Part shown: positions 51,719-61,595 of the stretch, one piece after another | Numbering within the stretch: the stretch's first letter is position 1 | How the letters are laid out: every line of letters starts with the position of its first letter | Assembly (NCBI GenBank): GCA_038727515.1 | Contig: JAVYVS010000001.1 | Coordinates: 32,001 to 96,000 of the forward strand | DNA length: 64,000 nt | DNA from: Candidatus Methanomethylicia archaeon | Lineage (GTDB): Archaea; Thermoproteota; Methanomethylicia; Culexarchaeales; Culexarchaeaceae | Direction: 5' to 3' | The notes under the pieces: generated by a model | Seen by the model: the letters and a program-made list of their open reading frames with translations, nothing else | Told to the model about the DNA's origin: nothing | Database searches by the model: none | Made by a program: the position numbers and the translations under genes

Positions 51719-52498
51719 TGCATACTTAAGTATTGTCACCGTCCATTTCCTCAATACTAACCTTCCATCCTCCTCTTTAATTAAATTCCTATCCTTTAAA
51801 TCTTCAATCATATCCATACCATAAATCTTCTCAAATTCACCTTTAGGTGTAAATCCATGCAACTTATAATCATCATAAAGCTTCTTCAAAGGTTTAATGT
51901 AATCCGAAGTAATGGATATTGGAAATATAGGTATCATCTCAACATCTTGAAACCTCTCATGAATATAATATATATTCTTAACATTCAATAGAGAAGCAGC
52001 TAAAACAGCAATAGCATTCTCAGGTTTAAATCCACCAGTAGCATTCAAATAAACATTAACCCCAGCCCTATGCAACTCACCAATTTTACACATAAGCTTA
52101 TCAAGTAAGTTAATAAGACCATCCTCAAAAAACCCTTTAACACCAAACCCCTCAACTTTAATTGAACTACACCTCAAACCATAACAATCCACCAAAAACT
52201 TCTCAATAACCTTAGCACAAAACACACCCTTACCAGTATCAGTATAATACAAATAAACCTCATCAACAGCTTTAGCCTCAAGAAACTTCCTCATAGAATT
52301 CAACTCAGCACTAGCCCTAAAAGGATCAACCTTAACAAACTCATAAACCCTCAAGAAAAACCCATCAGCAGGAGTAGCCCTCCTAAAAAGCTCAACATCA
52401 TCATCACAAATCCTCACATCATCATCAGAAACACCAGAAGACCTCTTATAATTCTCAATAATAGAAGTACCACAAATAACCAAATGAACATTCATCAT
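51713..52498 (-). CDS. crn1: CARF protein of the APE2256/Sso1393 family (Crn1-type ring nuclease) with wHTH
   Basis: GTS, SAELNS, TDT..G, NATGGFKPE, YYIHE. Confidence 0.85.
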   Translation of the reverse strand: MMNVHLVICGTSIIENYKRSSGVSDDDVRICDDDVELFRRATPADGFFLRVYEFVKVDPFRASAELNSMRKFLEAKAVDEVYLYYTDTGKGVFCAKVIEKFLVDCYGLRCSSIKVEGFGVKGFFEDGLINLLDKLMCKIGELHRAGVNVYLNATGGFKPENAIAVLAASLLNVKNIYYIHERFQDVEMIPIFPISITSDYIKPLKKLYDDYKLHGFTPKGEFEKIYGMDMIEDLKDRNLIKEEDGRLVLRKWTVTILKYAL

Positions 52499-52542
52499 AA
52501 AAACTAAACAACCAAAAACATATAAATATTTTTCAAGTAAAC

Positions 52543-52747
52543 CATAGTTTACCTTGTGGTGAACTATAGATTGTCGAAATACTTTACGTCTACTGTCGAA
52601 TATTTTATGCGTAACTCTATAGTGAACTATATCATGAATTGGTGCATAAGATCATCAATTTAATACAAATTTTATTTATGCCATGATCGTATTACAATTC
52701 AACATGGGAAAAACCTTTTTAAACCAAAAAAAGAAATAATAATATCG
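52543..52747 (+). promoter_or_regulatory. CRISPR leader 2
   Basis: 205 bp, AT-rich, BRE/TATA-like GAAAAACCTTTTTAAA about 25-40 bp before the first repeat; homologous to leader 1. Confidence 0.92.
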
Positions 52748-55700
52748 GAACCCAACAAAGGGAATTGAAAGTGTATTCCTCCATGAACTGCTCTCTGCCT
52801 AGCTCCGGCAGGAACCCAACAAAGGGAATTGAAAGTAAACAGAATTTACCTTTAAAGGTTCATGGGGAACATTAGAACCCAACAAAGGGAATTGAAAGTA
52901 CTCCTTCCCTAAGGTAAACACATGTTTATTAATGAATTGAACCCAACAAAGGGAATTGAAAGAGCTTGTCTTCACCGCGCTGGCATTGATTGACGGCTTA
53001 GGGAACCCAACAAAGGGAATTGAAAGGAGGAAGCATGGGAGAAATTCTGTAGTCTTTATCCAGATGGAACCCAACAAAGGGAATTGAAAGACCAATAATT
53101 GATTACGCTAAGAGGTATTGGTTTGATTGAACCCAACAAAGGGAATTGAAAGCTGGAAGGGATTCCCCATTCAATGAGCCAACTAGGATTAGAACCCAAC
53201 AAAGGGAATTGAAAGTTTAACACTTCTCTACCAATTGAATTAAAGTTGTAAGTAAGAACCCAACAAAGGGAATTGAAAGACCTTGGCGTGGTCGTAGAAG
53301 TGCAAAGTCTTCCGCTCACCCGAACCCAACAAAGGGAATTGAAAGTCTCAAGCTCCTCCAACTTATCCCTCTCAGCCTTCAACTTGAACCCAACAAAGGG
53401 AATTGAAAGATATGTCTTGACAATCGATGGGGAATTGAGGAGATACAGCTATGAACCCAACAAAGGGAATTGAAAGTAATGATTTTGTGGATCACCATAT
53501 TTACAATTACCCGAACCCAACAAAGGGAATTGAAAGCTTTTGCCGGTTCTCCTCGTGGATGGCTGCTCAATCGAACCCAACAAAGGGAATTGAAAGACCT
53601 ACATTTATTCGCCTTCTACTTTGTCGATGACGACGGCAGAACCCAACAAAGGGAATTGAAAGATACTTAATGATGGCGGGTTAAGGTTTATGTTTTCCTC
53701 CGGAACCCAACAAAGGGAATTGAAAGACGCTTCAATCATACTTTCCAATCCAATCATAATATAGTTGAACCCAACAAAGGGAATTGAAAGTTAATTTCTT
53801 TTTATTTTATTCTTCCTTTTTTATTGGGGAAGAACCCAACAAAGGGAATTGAAAGATAGGCTTAGCCCTAAACTCAATGTTGAGAGGCTGATGGGAACCC
53901 AACAAAGGGAATTGAAAGGTGGGATACTGCCTGAGGATTGGAGGTACCGCCACGTTATGAACCCAACAAAGGGAATTGAAAGTTACATTAAGTAAGCAGT
54001 TAAGTGTTTCGGAACTACCCTGAACCCAACAAAGGGAATTGAAAGACTTGGGGCTTGACATCCAATAATCGTCGAACCACCAGACGAAGAACCCAACAAA
54101 GGGAATTGAAAGTCTTGACGTAGTTGAGTATCAAGTCCTTCAGTATTGACCTTGAACCCAACAAAGGGAATTGAAAGTTTAATGACATCCTCATATGTTT
54201 CCCTTGGGTGAGCTTGAACCCAACAAAGGGAATTGAAAGCACTTGAGGAGCCGAAGATAACGCTTAGAGAACTTGAAAGGAACCCAACAAAGGGAATTGA
54301 AAGCCCAACCCCCGATTTAAGGGGGTGGGAAAGGAGGGGAATGACGAACCCAACAAAGGGAATTGAAAGTCTTGACCACCCTAAACCCTCTTAAACTTCT
54401 TAAGGGGAACCCAACAAAGGGAATTGAAAGATTTTAGCCCCCCATATCCTAGCTATCTTCTTCAGATATTGAACCCAACAAAGGGAATTGAAAGTGTGGG
54501 AGGATGCATATAAACTTCTTTCAACAAAACTTTGAACCCAACAAAGGGAATTGAAAGATGAATTGGAGAAGCAGATGTACATCGGCTATGCAATACTGAA
54601 CCCAACAAAGGGAATTGAAAGATATATCTTGACGGGCTTAGATTTGTGCAATCAGCAACGAACCCAACAAAGGGAATTGAAAGAAGAACCAAACTACTTG
54701 TATTTGTTGTTGTGTAATTAAGAACCCAACAAAGGGAATTGAAAGTGTGTTGGATGCCAGAGCTGTAATGCATGTCAAAATTGTTAGAACCCAACAAAGG
54801 GAATTGAAAGTTTAGAACTTCCTTTACATCCTCTGGTAATTTATTTACATGAACCCAACAAAGGGAATTGAAAGTACACTATAAGCATTGGACTCAAATA
54901 GTCTTTAACCGAACCCAACAAAGGGAATTGAAAGGCAACTATCGTAAGTAATTCTTCGTGTTCTTTTGGTAAGAACCCAACAAAGGGAATTGAAAGCTAT
55001 CCTTAAAGTCCATGTTGTGGTTGTCTTTATTAAAGGTGAACCCAACAAAGGGAATTGAAAGAGTTAAATACTTTATTCTACTTGGAACATTATCATAAAT
55101 TCCGAACCCAACAAAGGGAATTGAAAGATAACACGCACCACTAGATATGGTGGTATTACGCGAAGGAACCCAACAAAGGGAATTGAAAGTATGAGGACGT
55201 CATCAGGAGGCTCATTGAGATATATGAACCCAACAAAGGGAATTGAAAGGACGTAACCATACTCTTATATCCGAAGAACATAAACCATGAACCCAACAAA
55301 GGGAATTGAAAGGAGCTTCCCCTCAACCATTCCATACACATCTTCAAGCCAGAACCCAACAAAGGGAATTGAAAGCCGTAACTTACTTCGTAGCTAATAC
55401 CCTTGGTAGTGTATGAACCCAACAAAGGGAATTGAAAGTGCATTGCAGCTTTGACATGTCTGGCAGGTTCCATAACATAGAACCCAACAAAGGGAATTGA
55501 AAGGCCTCCATAATTTTCTGCCGCATAATTTCTATTGCAGATAAGAACCCAACAAAGGGAATTGAAAGATTACAACCTCTTTAAGCCCGCCAAAGATTTT
55601 TTCTTGAAGAACCCAACAAAGGGAATTGAAAGGTCTGATTTCCCCTTAGAGTTACTTGCACCATAAGAGTTAAGAACCCAACAAAGGGAATTGAAAGCTA

Positions 55701-57484
55701 CATATATTGTTCCATATGAATTTTTGTACACTTTTATGAACCCAACAAAGGGAATTGAAAGCACTACTCTTAAAAGCCATATCACTCGTCTCATCTTGAT
55801 ATGAACCCAACAAAGGGAATTGAAAGTCAACCATGCTTTAACATTGTCTTCAACCCACTCGAAACCGAACCCAACAAAGGGAATTGAAAGTACATGTCGA
55901 GGAGATTGATGCTGAGAAGGGTAAGGAGGCGAACCCAACAAAGGGAATTGAAAGGAATCCTATCACGGTTTTAGGTAAACGTTTCCCCACTTTAGAACCC
56001 AACAAAGGGAATTGAAAGATCATATAAATTGATTGATTGAATGGATAAAAATTTATGAACCCAACAAAGGGAATTGAAAGTAATACGGGGAAAGCGAATA
56101 AATCTCAGTAAAGAAGAGAACCCAACAAAGGGAATTGAAAGGCAACTTGATATGTCTTCAGGTTGAGCTCAGCCCTAACCTTGTCGAACCCAACAAAGGG
56201 AATTGAAAGTCAACATAAGTATCACTTGTAGTAGTTATTAACTCGCTACGAACCCAACAAAGGGAATTGAAAGAGACCCCTTCTTAGAGGAACTCGATGA
56301 GGAATGGTGTCAGAACCCAACAAAGGGAATTGAAAGTCCTGAAGCTTCTCAAGTCTCTCCATTATGCACTTCATAGAACCCAACAAAGGGAATTGAAAGA
56401 GGAAAAAGTCTTGAAGTGTTCTAAGTGCATCTTGATGATGAACCCAACAAAGGGAATTGAAAGTCCGAAATCTACGAGGTGGGAAACTATGGGTGAAATA
56501 GAGGAACCCAACAAAGGGAATTGAAAGCTTGTTCCAACCACTGCGATTATATTGAATTTAACCATTCATGAACCCAACAAAGGGAATTGAAAGTACACAC
56601 TTACATAGCCAAAATACAGTCGGCTATTAGCCGGAACCCAACAAAGGGAATTGAAAGTAAATGTGGCTAATAGTTTTATTTCCGTCTTTGAATATGAACC
56701 CAACAAAGGGAATTGAAAGGCCGTTTTAGCACCAAAATCCGCTTCAACCATTACAATGAACCCAACAAAGGGAATTGAAAGAAGTGGAGAGCTCAGCCTG
56801 ACATTGGCATATGGCCCTACGAACCCAACAAAGGGAATTGAAAGGTTCTGATGTCGTTTAGGCAGGTATATGTCAGCACTGCTATGAACCCAACAAAGGG
56901 AATTGAAAGATAGGTGTGGTGAGAACATCACGGGCAAGCATACAACTAGAACCCAACAAAGGGAATTGAAAGTTTTTATTGGAGGTGATAAGATGAAGTA
57001 TAAGGTTGTAACGAACCCAACAAAGGGAATTGAAAGATATCCTCAACGCTTTGAACCCTGCTCTCAGCCTCCAATGGAACCCAACAAAGGGAATTGAAAG
57101 AATGCCTCCTTACCCTTCTCAGCATCAATCTCCTCGACATGAACCCAACAAAGGGAATTGAAAGGTATCTAATATCTTGTACCACTCACTAAGATTGTAT
57201 CTCATGAACCCAACAAAGGGAATTGAAAGTTGATTTCGTCTTTAAAGAGCTCTACGCGTTCTGGCTGAACCCAACAAAGGGAATTGAAAGTAATTACTAG
57301 TGTAAGCTTTACAGAGGGTAATTACGGTGAACCCAACAAAGGGAATTGAAAGCTGTCTTCTGCCTTTATACTGCACCGCTGGTGCACTGGGAGAACCCAA
57401 CAAAGGGTATTGAAAGATATTGCCACACCATAAATCATTCCACGTGCAATCTCTTCGTATGAACCCAACAAAGGGAATTAAAAG
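52748..57484 (+). CRISPR. CRISPR array 2: about 75 repeats and 74 spacers (about 36-45 nt)
   Basis: GAACCCAACAAAGGGAATTGAAAG; the last two copies (57393, 57461) each carry one mismatch and mark the trailer end; hand count. Confidence 0.98.
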
Positions 57485-57757
57485 ACAATAAACCCTATGG
57501 GATCTGCTAATCACCCCTATAAAGAACTCAATAAAAATTGAAAATATCCTTTTTTCTGAGCCTTCTTTTTATGCACTGATTTCAATAGAGAAATTTGAAG
57601 GGAGATAAAGTTTAACAGTTTTCCGTTAGAGTTAAAAACGTGCAAAACTCTTTTTCTACTTTGTAAAGAAAATTTTTACTTCCAAATCATAGAATGAGCC
57701 GTAGTAAAAGTTTTATGTTGATACGGAATATTTATGTATTTTGGGAGATGTTAAGAT

Positions 57758-58678
57758 ATGAGTATAGAAAGACGTATTATAGGTTTGTACGAGATTTCTG
57801 AAATAGTTCTGATTAAAGCGATTACTAATCTTCATCCTGGTGTAGGAAGGACGGGTGAAATTGTTGATTTACCTGTTCAGAAAGATAATCTTGGGTTTCC
57901 CATAATATATGCATCAAGCCTTAAAGGTGCTTTGAAAAGTGCGCTTTGGCAATTTAGTGATGATAGAGATATTGTGAAAGCTTTATTTGGTTCTGAACCT
58001 GATGATGTTGAAAAATTCACATCGGCGGTAGCTGTACTGGATGCTTTCACTCTAGCTTTTCCAGTGAGGAGTTTAGAAGGAGTCTATGCTTTTGCAACTT
58101 CTCCTGTGTTGCTTAAACGCTTCAACGAATACTTAGGAATTACTGGAGAAACTTGTGAATATGTAGAGAAACTATCAAATCTATCAATAGATGAGGGAGT
58201 ATGTGAAACTTCGGAAAATGCTAAAAACCTCCTTAGTATCAAAACCTTAGATGACGTGCTTATTATCAATGAAGAGATAAAGGTAGAGTGCAAAACTAAT
58301 TATTTTACGGAGGTTGAGGAACTCGAAAAATTATTTGGGATTGAACGAGGACGACTTATCCTACTCAATGATGATGACGCTCTAAAAGCTATGGAAAAGT
58401 CTTTAGTACGGGTTACTCGAATAGCAATTGATAGAGAGAAGAAAACAGCTAGAGAAGGAGCTTTATGGACAGAGGAATATATTCCTTGGGGCACGGTTTT
58501 CGCTACAGCCTTCTTGTATTCTAAGGCAAAGAAATCTGAAAAATTGCAAAAAACAAATGACGTTAAGCAAAAACTTCACGAATTACTCAGTAAAATGGGA
58601 AATTATCTGATAATAGGAGGTAATGAAACCATCGGAAGAGGCATAGTGAAACTGGAATTTAAAGAAAAAGAGGTGTGA
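57758..58678 (+). CDS. cmr4: Type III-B Cmr4 (Cas7)
   Basis: LHPGVG, VDLPVQ, SSLKGALK, FPVRS, LWTEEYIP, IGGNETIGRG. Confidence 0.96.
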   Translation: MSIERRIIGLYEISEIVLIKAITNLHPGVGRTGEIVDLPVQKDNLGFPIIYASSLKGALKSALWQFSDDRDIVKALFGSEPDDVEKFTSAVAVLDAFTLAFPVRSLEGVYAFATSPVLLKRFNEYLGITGETCEYVEKLSNLSIDEGVCETSENAKNLLSIKTLDDVLIINEEIKVECKTNYFTEVEELEKLFGIERGRLILLNDDDALKAMEKSLVRVTRIAIDREKKTAREGALWTEEYIPWGTVFATAFLYSKAKKSEKLQKTNDVKQKLHELLSKMGNYLIIGGNETIGRGIVKLEFKEKEV

Positions 58679-59145
58679 AAATTATGAGCATGAACGACCA
58701 AGTGTTAAGTGCAATAGGGGATTTTGAATATTTATTGAATTTATTAGAGAAAAAAGAGAAAAGCGAGGTAGGCAAGAGTTTTAGAAGCAGATGTAGAGAA
58801 TTACCAAACTTAATAGAAGATTTTGGCTTTGTACCAGCTGCGAGTTTCTGTTATGCAAATGCTGGTAAAACTAATTATGATAAGATAAAGGATGCACTGG
58901 AAACAAAGAGTAAGATTAATGATGATAATCATAAAGAGAAAGGATATGCCATTTATCTCTACTTCGTGTTAAAAAGGTTAAAAGACCTTAAGCTTATAGA
59001 TGAAGCTCATTTAAATGATCCAATTAAGGCCTTTGAAGAGCTTAGGAAGGGAAAACAAAGAATTGCCAGTAGACTTCTCAGACCTTACATAGTTCAACTG
59101 AAACAATTGTCGGAAGCAGTATTTGAAGTAGAAGAGGCGAAGTGA
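58675..59145 (+). CDS. cmr5: Type III-B Cmr5 (small subunit)
   Basis: FRSRCRELP.LI..FG, GYAIY, LKQLSEA; position after cmr4. Confidence 0.9.
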   Translation: MKIMSMNDQVLSAIGDFEYLLNLLEKKEKSEVGKSFRSRCRELPNLIEDFGFVPAASFCYANAGKTNYDKIKDALETKSKINDDNHKEKGYAIYLYFVLKRLKDLKLIDEAHLNDPIKAFEELRKGKQRIASRLLRPYIVQLKQLSEAVFEVEEAK

Positions 59146-59146
59146 A

Positions 59147-60733
59147 GTGAGTTCTTGGTTAAACCTTCAGAAAAGTTTAATGGAAAGTCATGATCTTATA
59201 GCTGAAATTGATGTTGAAACTACTACCTTAACGAGGATAGGAGGTTATAAAGCCACACCCTATAGCTTAGGGCTGAAACTATTTAGTATACCAACTGCAA
59301 AGTCTTTGAAGGGTATATGGCGGTGGTGGGCAAGAGCTGCTATAGTTGGCGCTTATAATGGGAAAATCAATTATAAGGAAGCGAACAAACATCTGAATAA
59401 GGTACTAGGTGGTACAGGTAAGGATGAAGGAGTTTCACTATTCAAATTGGAAATTTCTGATATTAAATTTACCCAAAATTATGAAGATAAATTAAGTCAA
59501 ATTATTAATGAAATAGATAGATTTTTTGAAAATGCTAAAAGCTTTTTGGAAAATCAGATATCGACGTTGAAATTACCGCAAGATACTGAGATTTCAGTTA
59601 GTTTAAATCCCTCTGATCTTGCTATAATTATTGAATATAAGGGAGACTTATCTAAATACAAGAATAGAATAGATAATTTAATTAAGAAAGGACCCTTAGG
59701 TAATTATTTTGTTGGGAGTAAGCTGACAAAGAAAAATCGTAGAATCGTTATTAGTTTACAGATCCCTGAATTGAATAATTATCCGCAAATACCTAGAGTA
59801 AAATTGTTGCTGATGAAGCGGAAAGATGTAGAAGATGAAGTTCTTAAAAGAAGTAATATTAACTCTGAAAAAGTATTGAGGTATTTAGAAAGAGTAAAAG
59901 AGGAAATTTCAGCTCTGATAAGCAGAGGATTGAAGTTTAGGATTTCACTTTATGGAATTAGGGGGAGAGAGCATGATTTTGAAAAAGTTAATTTTGCTCT
60001 TTCGTCTCTCATGCTCTCTCTGATTTTAGGAGGTATTGGTTCGATAACAAAGAGAGCTTTCGGCTCATTAAGAATACTCTCGTTTAGGTTTGGAGATGGT
60101 CTTAAAGTAGATCAAGAACTTCGAAAGATTTTCCAGGAATTGCAAGATAAGGAATTTACTGAGAGTGAGTTAAAGGAAAGGCTCGAAAAGATGTGCAATA
60201 TTACGATAAATTATGCTAAGAGGTTATTTAATATAAACACAAACAAAGAGGAGAAAGGATATATTCCTGAAGTTCCATCATTGAGTAACATTAGAATAGA
60301 AGTAATTGAATGTAAGTCTCTAAATCTTGCTGAAATAGGAAATGCTTTTGTTAAACAAACTTGGAAAGTGTCTTCTAGAGTACAAGGCAGAGATCTCCAT
60401 ACATGGATACTGGGGTTGCCAAGATTCCAAAAAGAGATGGGGACAGGATATGCTGTAAAGCGTGATAAAAGTTATGACCCGCTGAGAAGGGTATCATCAA
60501 TTGGTGTTAGATTCTTCAAAACTCGCAATAAGGACTTCATTATCATCTATGGGCTGCCCTCCAAAGATTGGCCTAAAGATCTATATCATATTAGGAGTAG
60601 AAGACCACTGGATGAAAAGTTGGTTAGAGAAATCTCCATTGGAAACTCTATAGAAAAAGTTTTCGATTACGCATTCAGAAAAGTCTTAGAATACATTAAG
60701 AGTAGCTGTCAAAGAGGGGTCAAAAGTGGCTGA
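59147..60733 (+). CDS. cmr1: Type III-B Cmr1
   Basis: SLKGIWRWWARA, GGIGSITKRAFGS, ILGLPR. Confidence 0.92.
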   Translation: MSSWLNLQKSLMESHDLIAEIDVETTTLTRIGGYKATPYSLGLKLFSIPTAKSLKGIWRWWARAAIVGAYNGKINYKEANKHLNKVLGGTGKDEGVSLFKLEISDIKFTQNYEDKLSQIINEIDRFFENAKSFLENQISTLKLPQDTEISVSLNPSDLAIIIEYKGDLSKYKNRIDNLIKKGPLGNYFVGSKLTKKNRRIVISLQIPELNNYPQIPRVKLLLMKRKDVEDEVLKRSNINSEKVLRYLERVKEEISALISRGLKFRISLYGIRGREHDFEKVNFALSSLMLSLILGGIGSITKRAFGSLRILSFRFGDGLKVDQELRKIFQELQDKEFTESELKERLEKMCNITINYAKRLFNINTNKEEKGYIPEVPSLSNIRIEVIECKSLNLAEIGNAFVKQTWKVSSRVQGRDLHTWILGLPRFQKEMGTGYAVKRDKSYDPLRRVSSIGVRFFKTRNKDFIIIYGLPSKDWPKDLYHIRSRRPLDEKLVREISIGNSIEKVFDYAFRKVLEYIKSSCQRGVKSG

Positions 60734-61589
60734 TATCAATTTTGAATCATTAAATAAACCAAATTTGTGGAGTTATATAGCATTAGCTGGTTATGATGTG
60801 ATGACAAAAAAGGTTGTAGAAGATGAGGATAAAGTAGCAAGAGAAGAACGAAAAATCTTAGAGTATATAATTAAGCGGGCAGAACTTCCTAGCAAAGAAA
60901 TTAACTATATTCTTGGGAATATTCAACAGGCACTCTTAAATTGTGGTTATGAAGTAAGGAGAGTGAAGATTAAGGCAATATCTTTGGCTCTTGTAGGAGT
61001 ATCAGAAACTTTTGGTAGGATACCATTTGAAGTAGGTTTATATTTTGACCCAATATTGAATGTTCCTTACATACCTGGTTCCACAATAAAAGGTGTTATT
61101 CGAGCTGGTGTCTTCGATTTACTTTCTAAACATCAATTTTCTGAAGAGAAAGTTAAAAACGAATGTGAAAGACTCTTCGGGGATAATAAAAGCGCTGGCC
61201 TTATTGGCTTCACAGATGCATATCCAATTGAGAAAGGTGAGGGTGGCTATCTACTCTATCCTGATGTAATGACTCCTCACTACAAGAATGATACTGCTAC
61301 AGAACTGGAAGTCTCACCTACACCAATAGTTTATCTTACCATTGCACCAGGAACCATATTCCAATTCTACCTCTTTTACAGGAGGGAAAGAGGGGGTGAT
61401 GAAAAGAAAAGGCAGCTTATCATAAGAAATTCTCAATATGCTGATCTAGCTGAAACTCCAGCTCAAGACTTGAATAGATTGGGTATAGTTGATCTTGGAT
61501 TATTATATTCCTTCTACAAGGGTGTGGGGGCAAAAACATCGATAGGTTATTCTAAATTTGAAATTTTGAGTTATGAGTCTATGAGGTGA
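60726..61589 (+). CDS. cmr6: Type III-B Cmr6
   Basis: PYIPGSTIKG, DAYP, DVMTPHY, GVGAKTSIGY. Confidence 0.95.
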   Translation: MADINFESLNKPNLWSYIALAGYDVMTKKVVEDEDKVAREERKILEYIIKRAELPSKEINYILGNIQQALLNCGYEVRRVKIKAISLALVGVSETFGRIPFEVGLYFDPILNVPYIPGSTIKGVIRAGVFDLLSKHQFSEEKVKNECERLFGDNKSAGLIGFTDAYPIEKGEGGYLLYPDVMTPHYKNDTATELEVSPTPIVYLTIAPGTIFQFYLFYRRERGGDEKKRQLIIRNSQYADLAETPAQDLNRLGIVDLGLLYSFYKGVGAKTSIGYSKFEILSYESMR

Positions 61590-61595
61590 TCATTT

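Noticed and set aside
31109-57484. Self-targeting or duplicated spacers
   Set aside because: None recognised by eye beyond a 10-nt overlap (TGTGGAGAGG) between two array-1 spacers; BLAST is needed to exclude them.
52799-57514. Many 60-123 aa ORFs within array 2 (and 31289-31649 in array 1)
   Set aside because: They are translations of the repeat (FQFPLLGS, FNSLCWV, LSIPFVGF), not genes.
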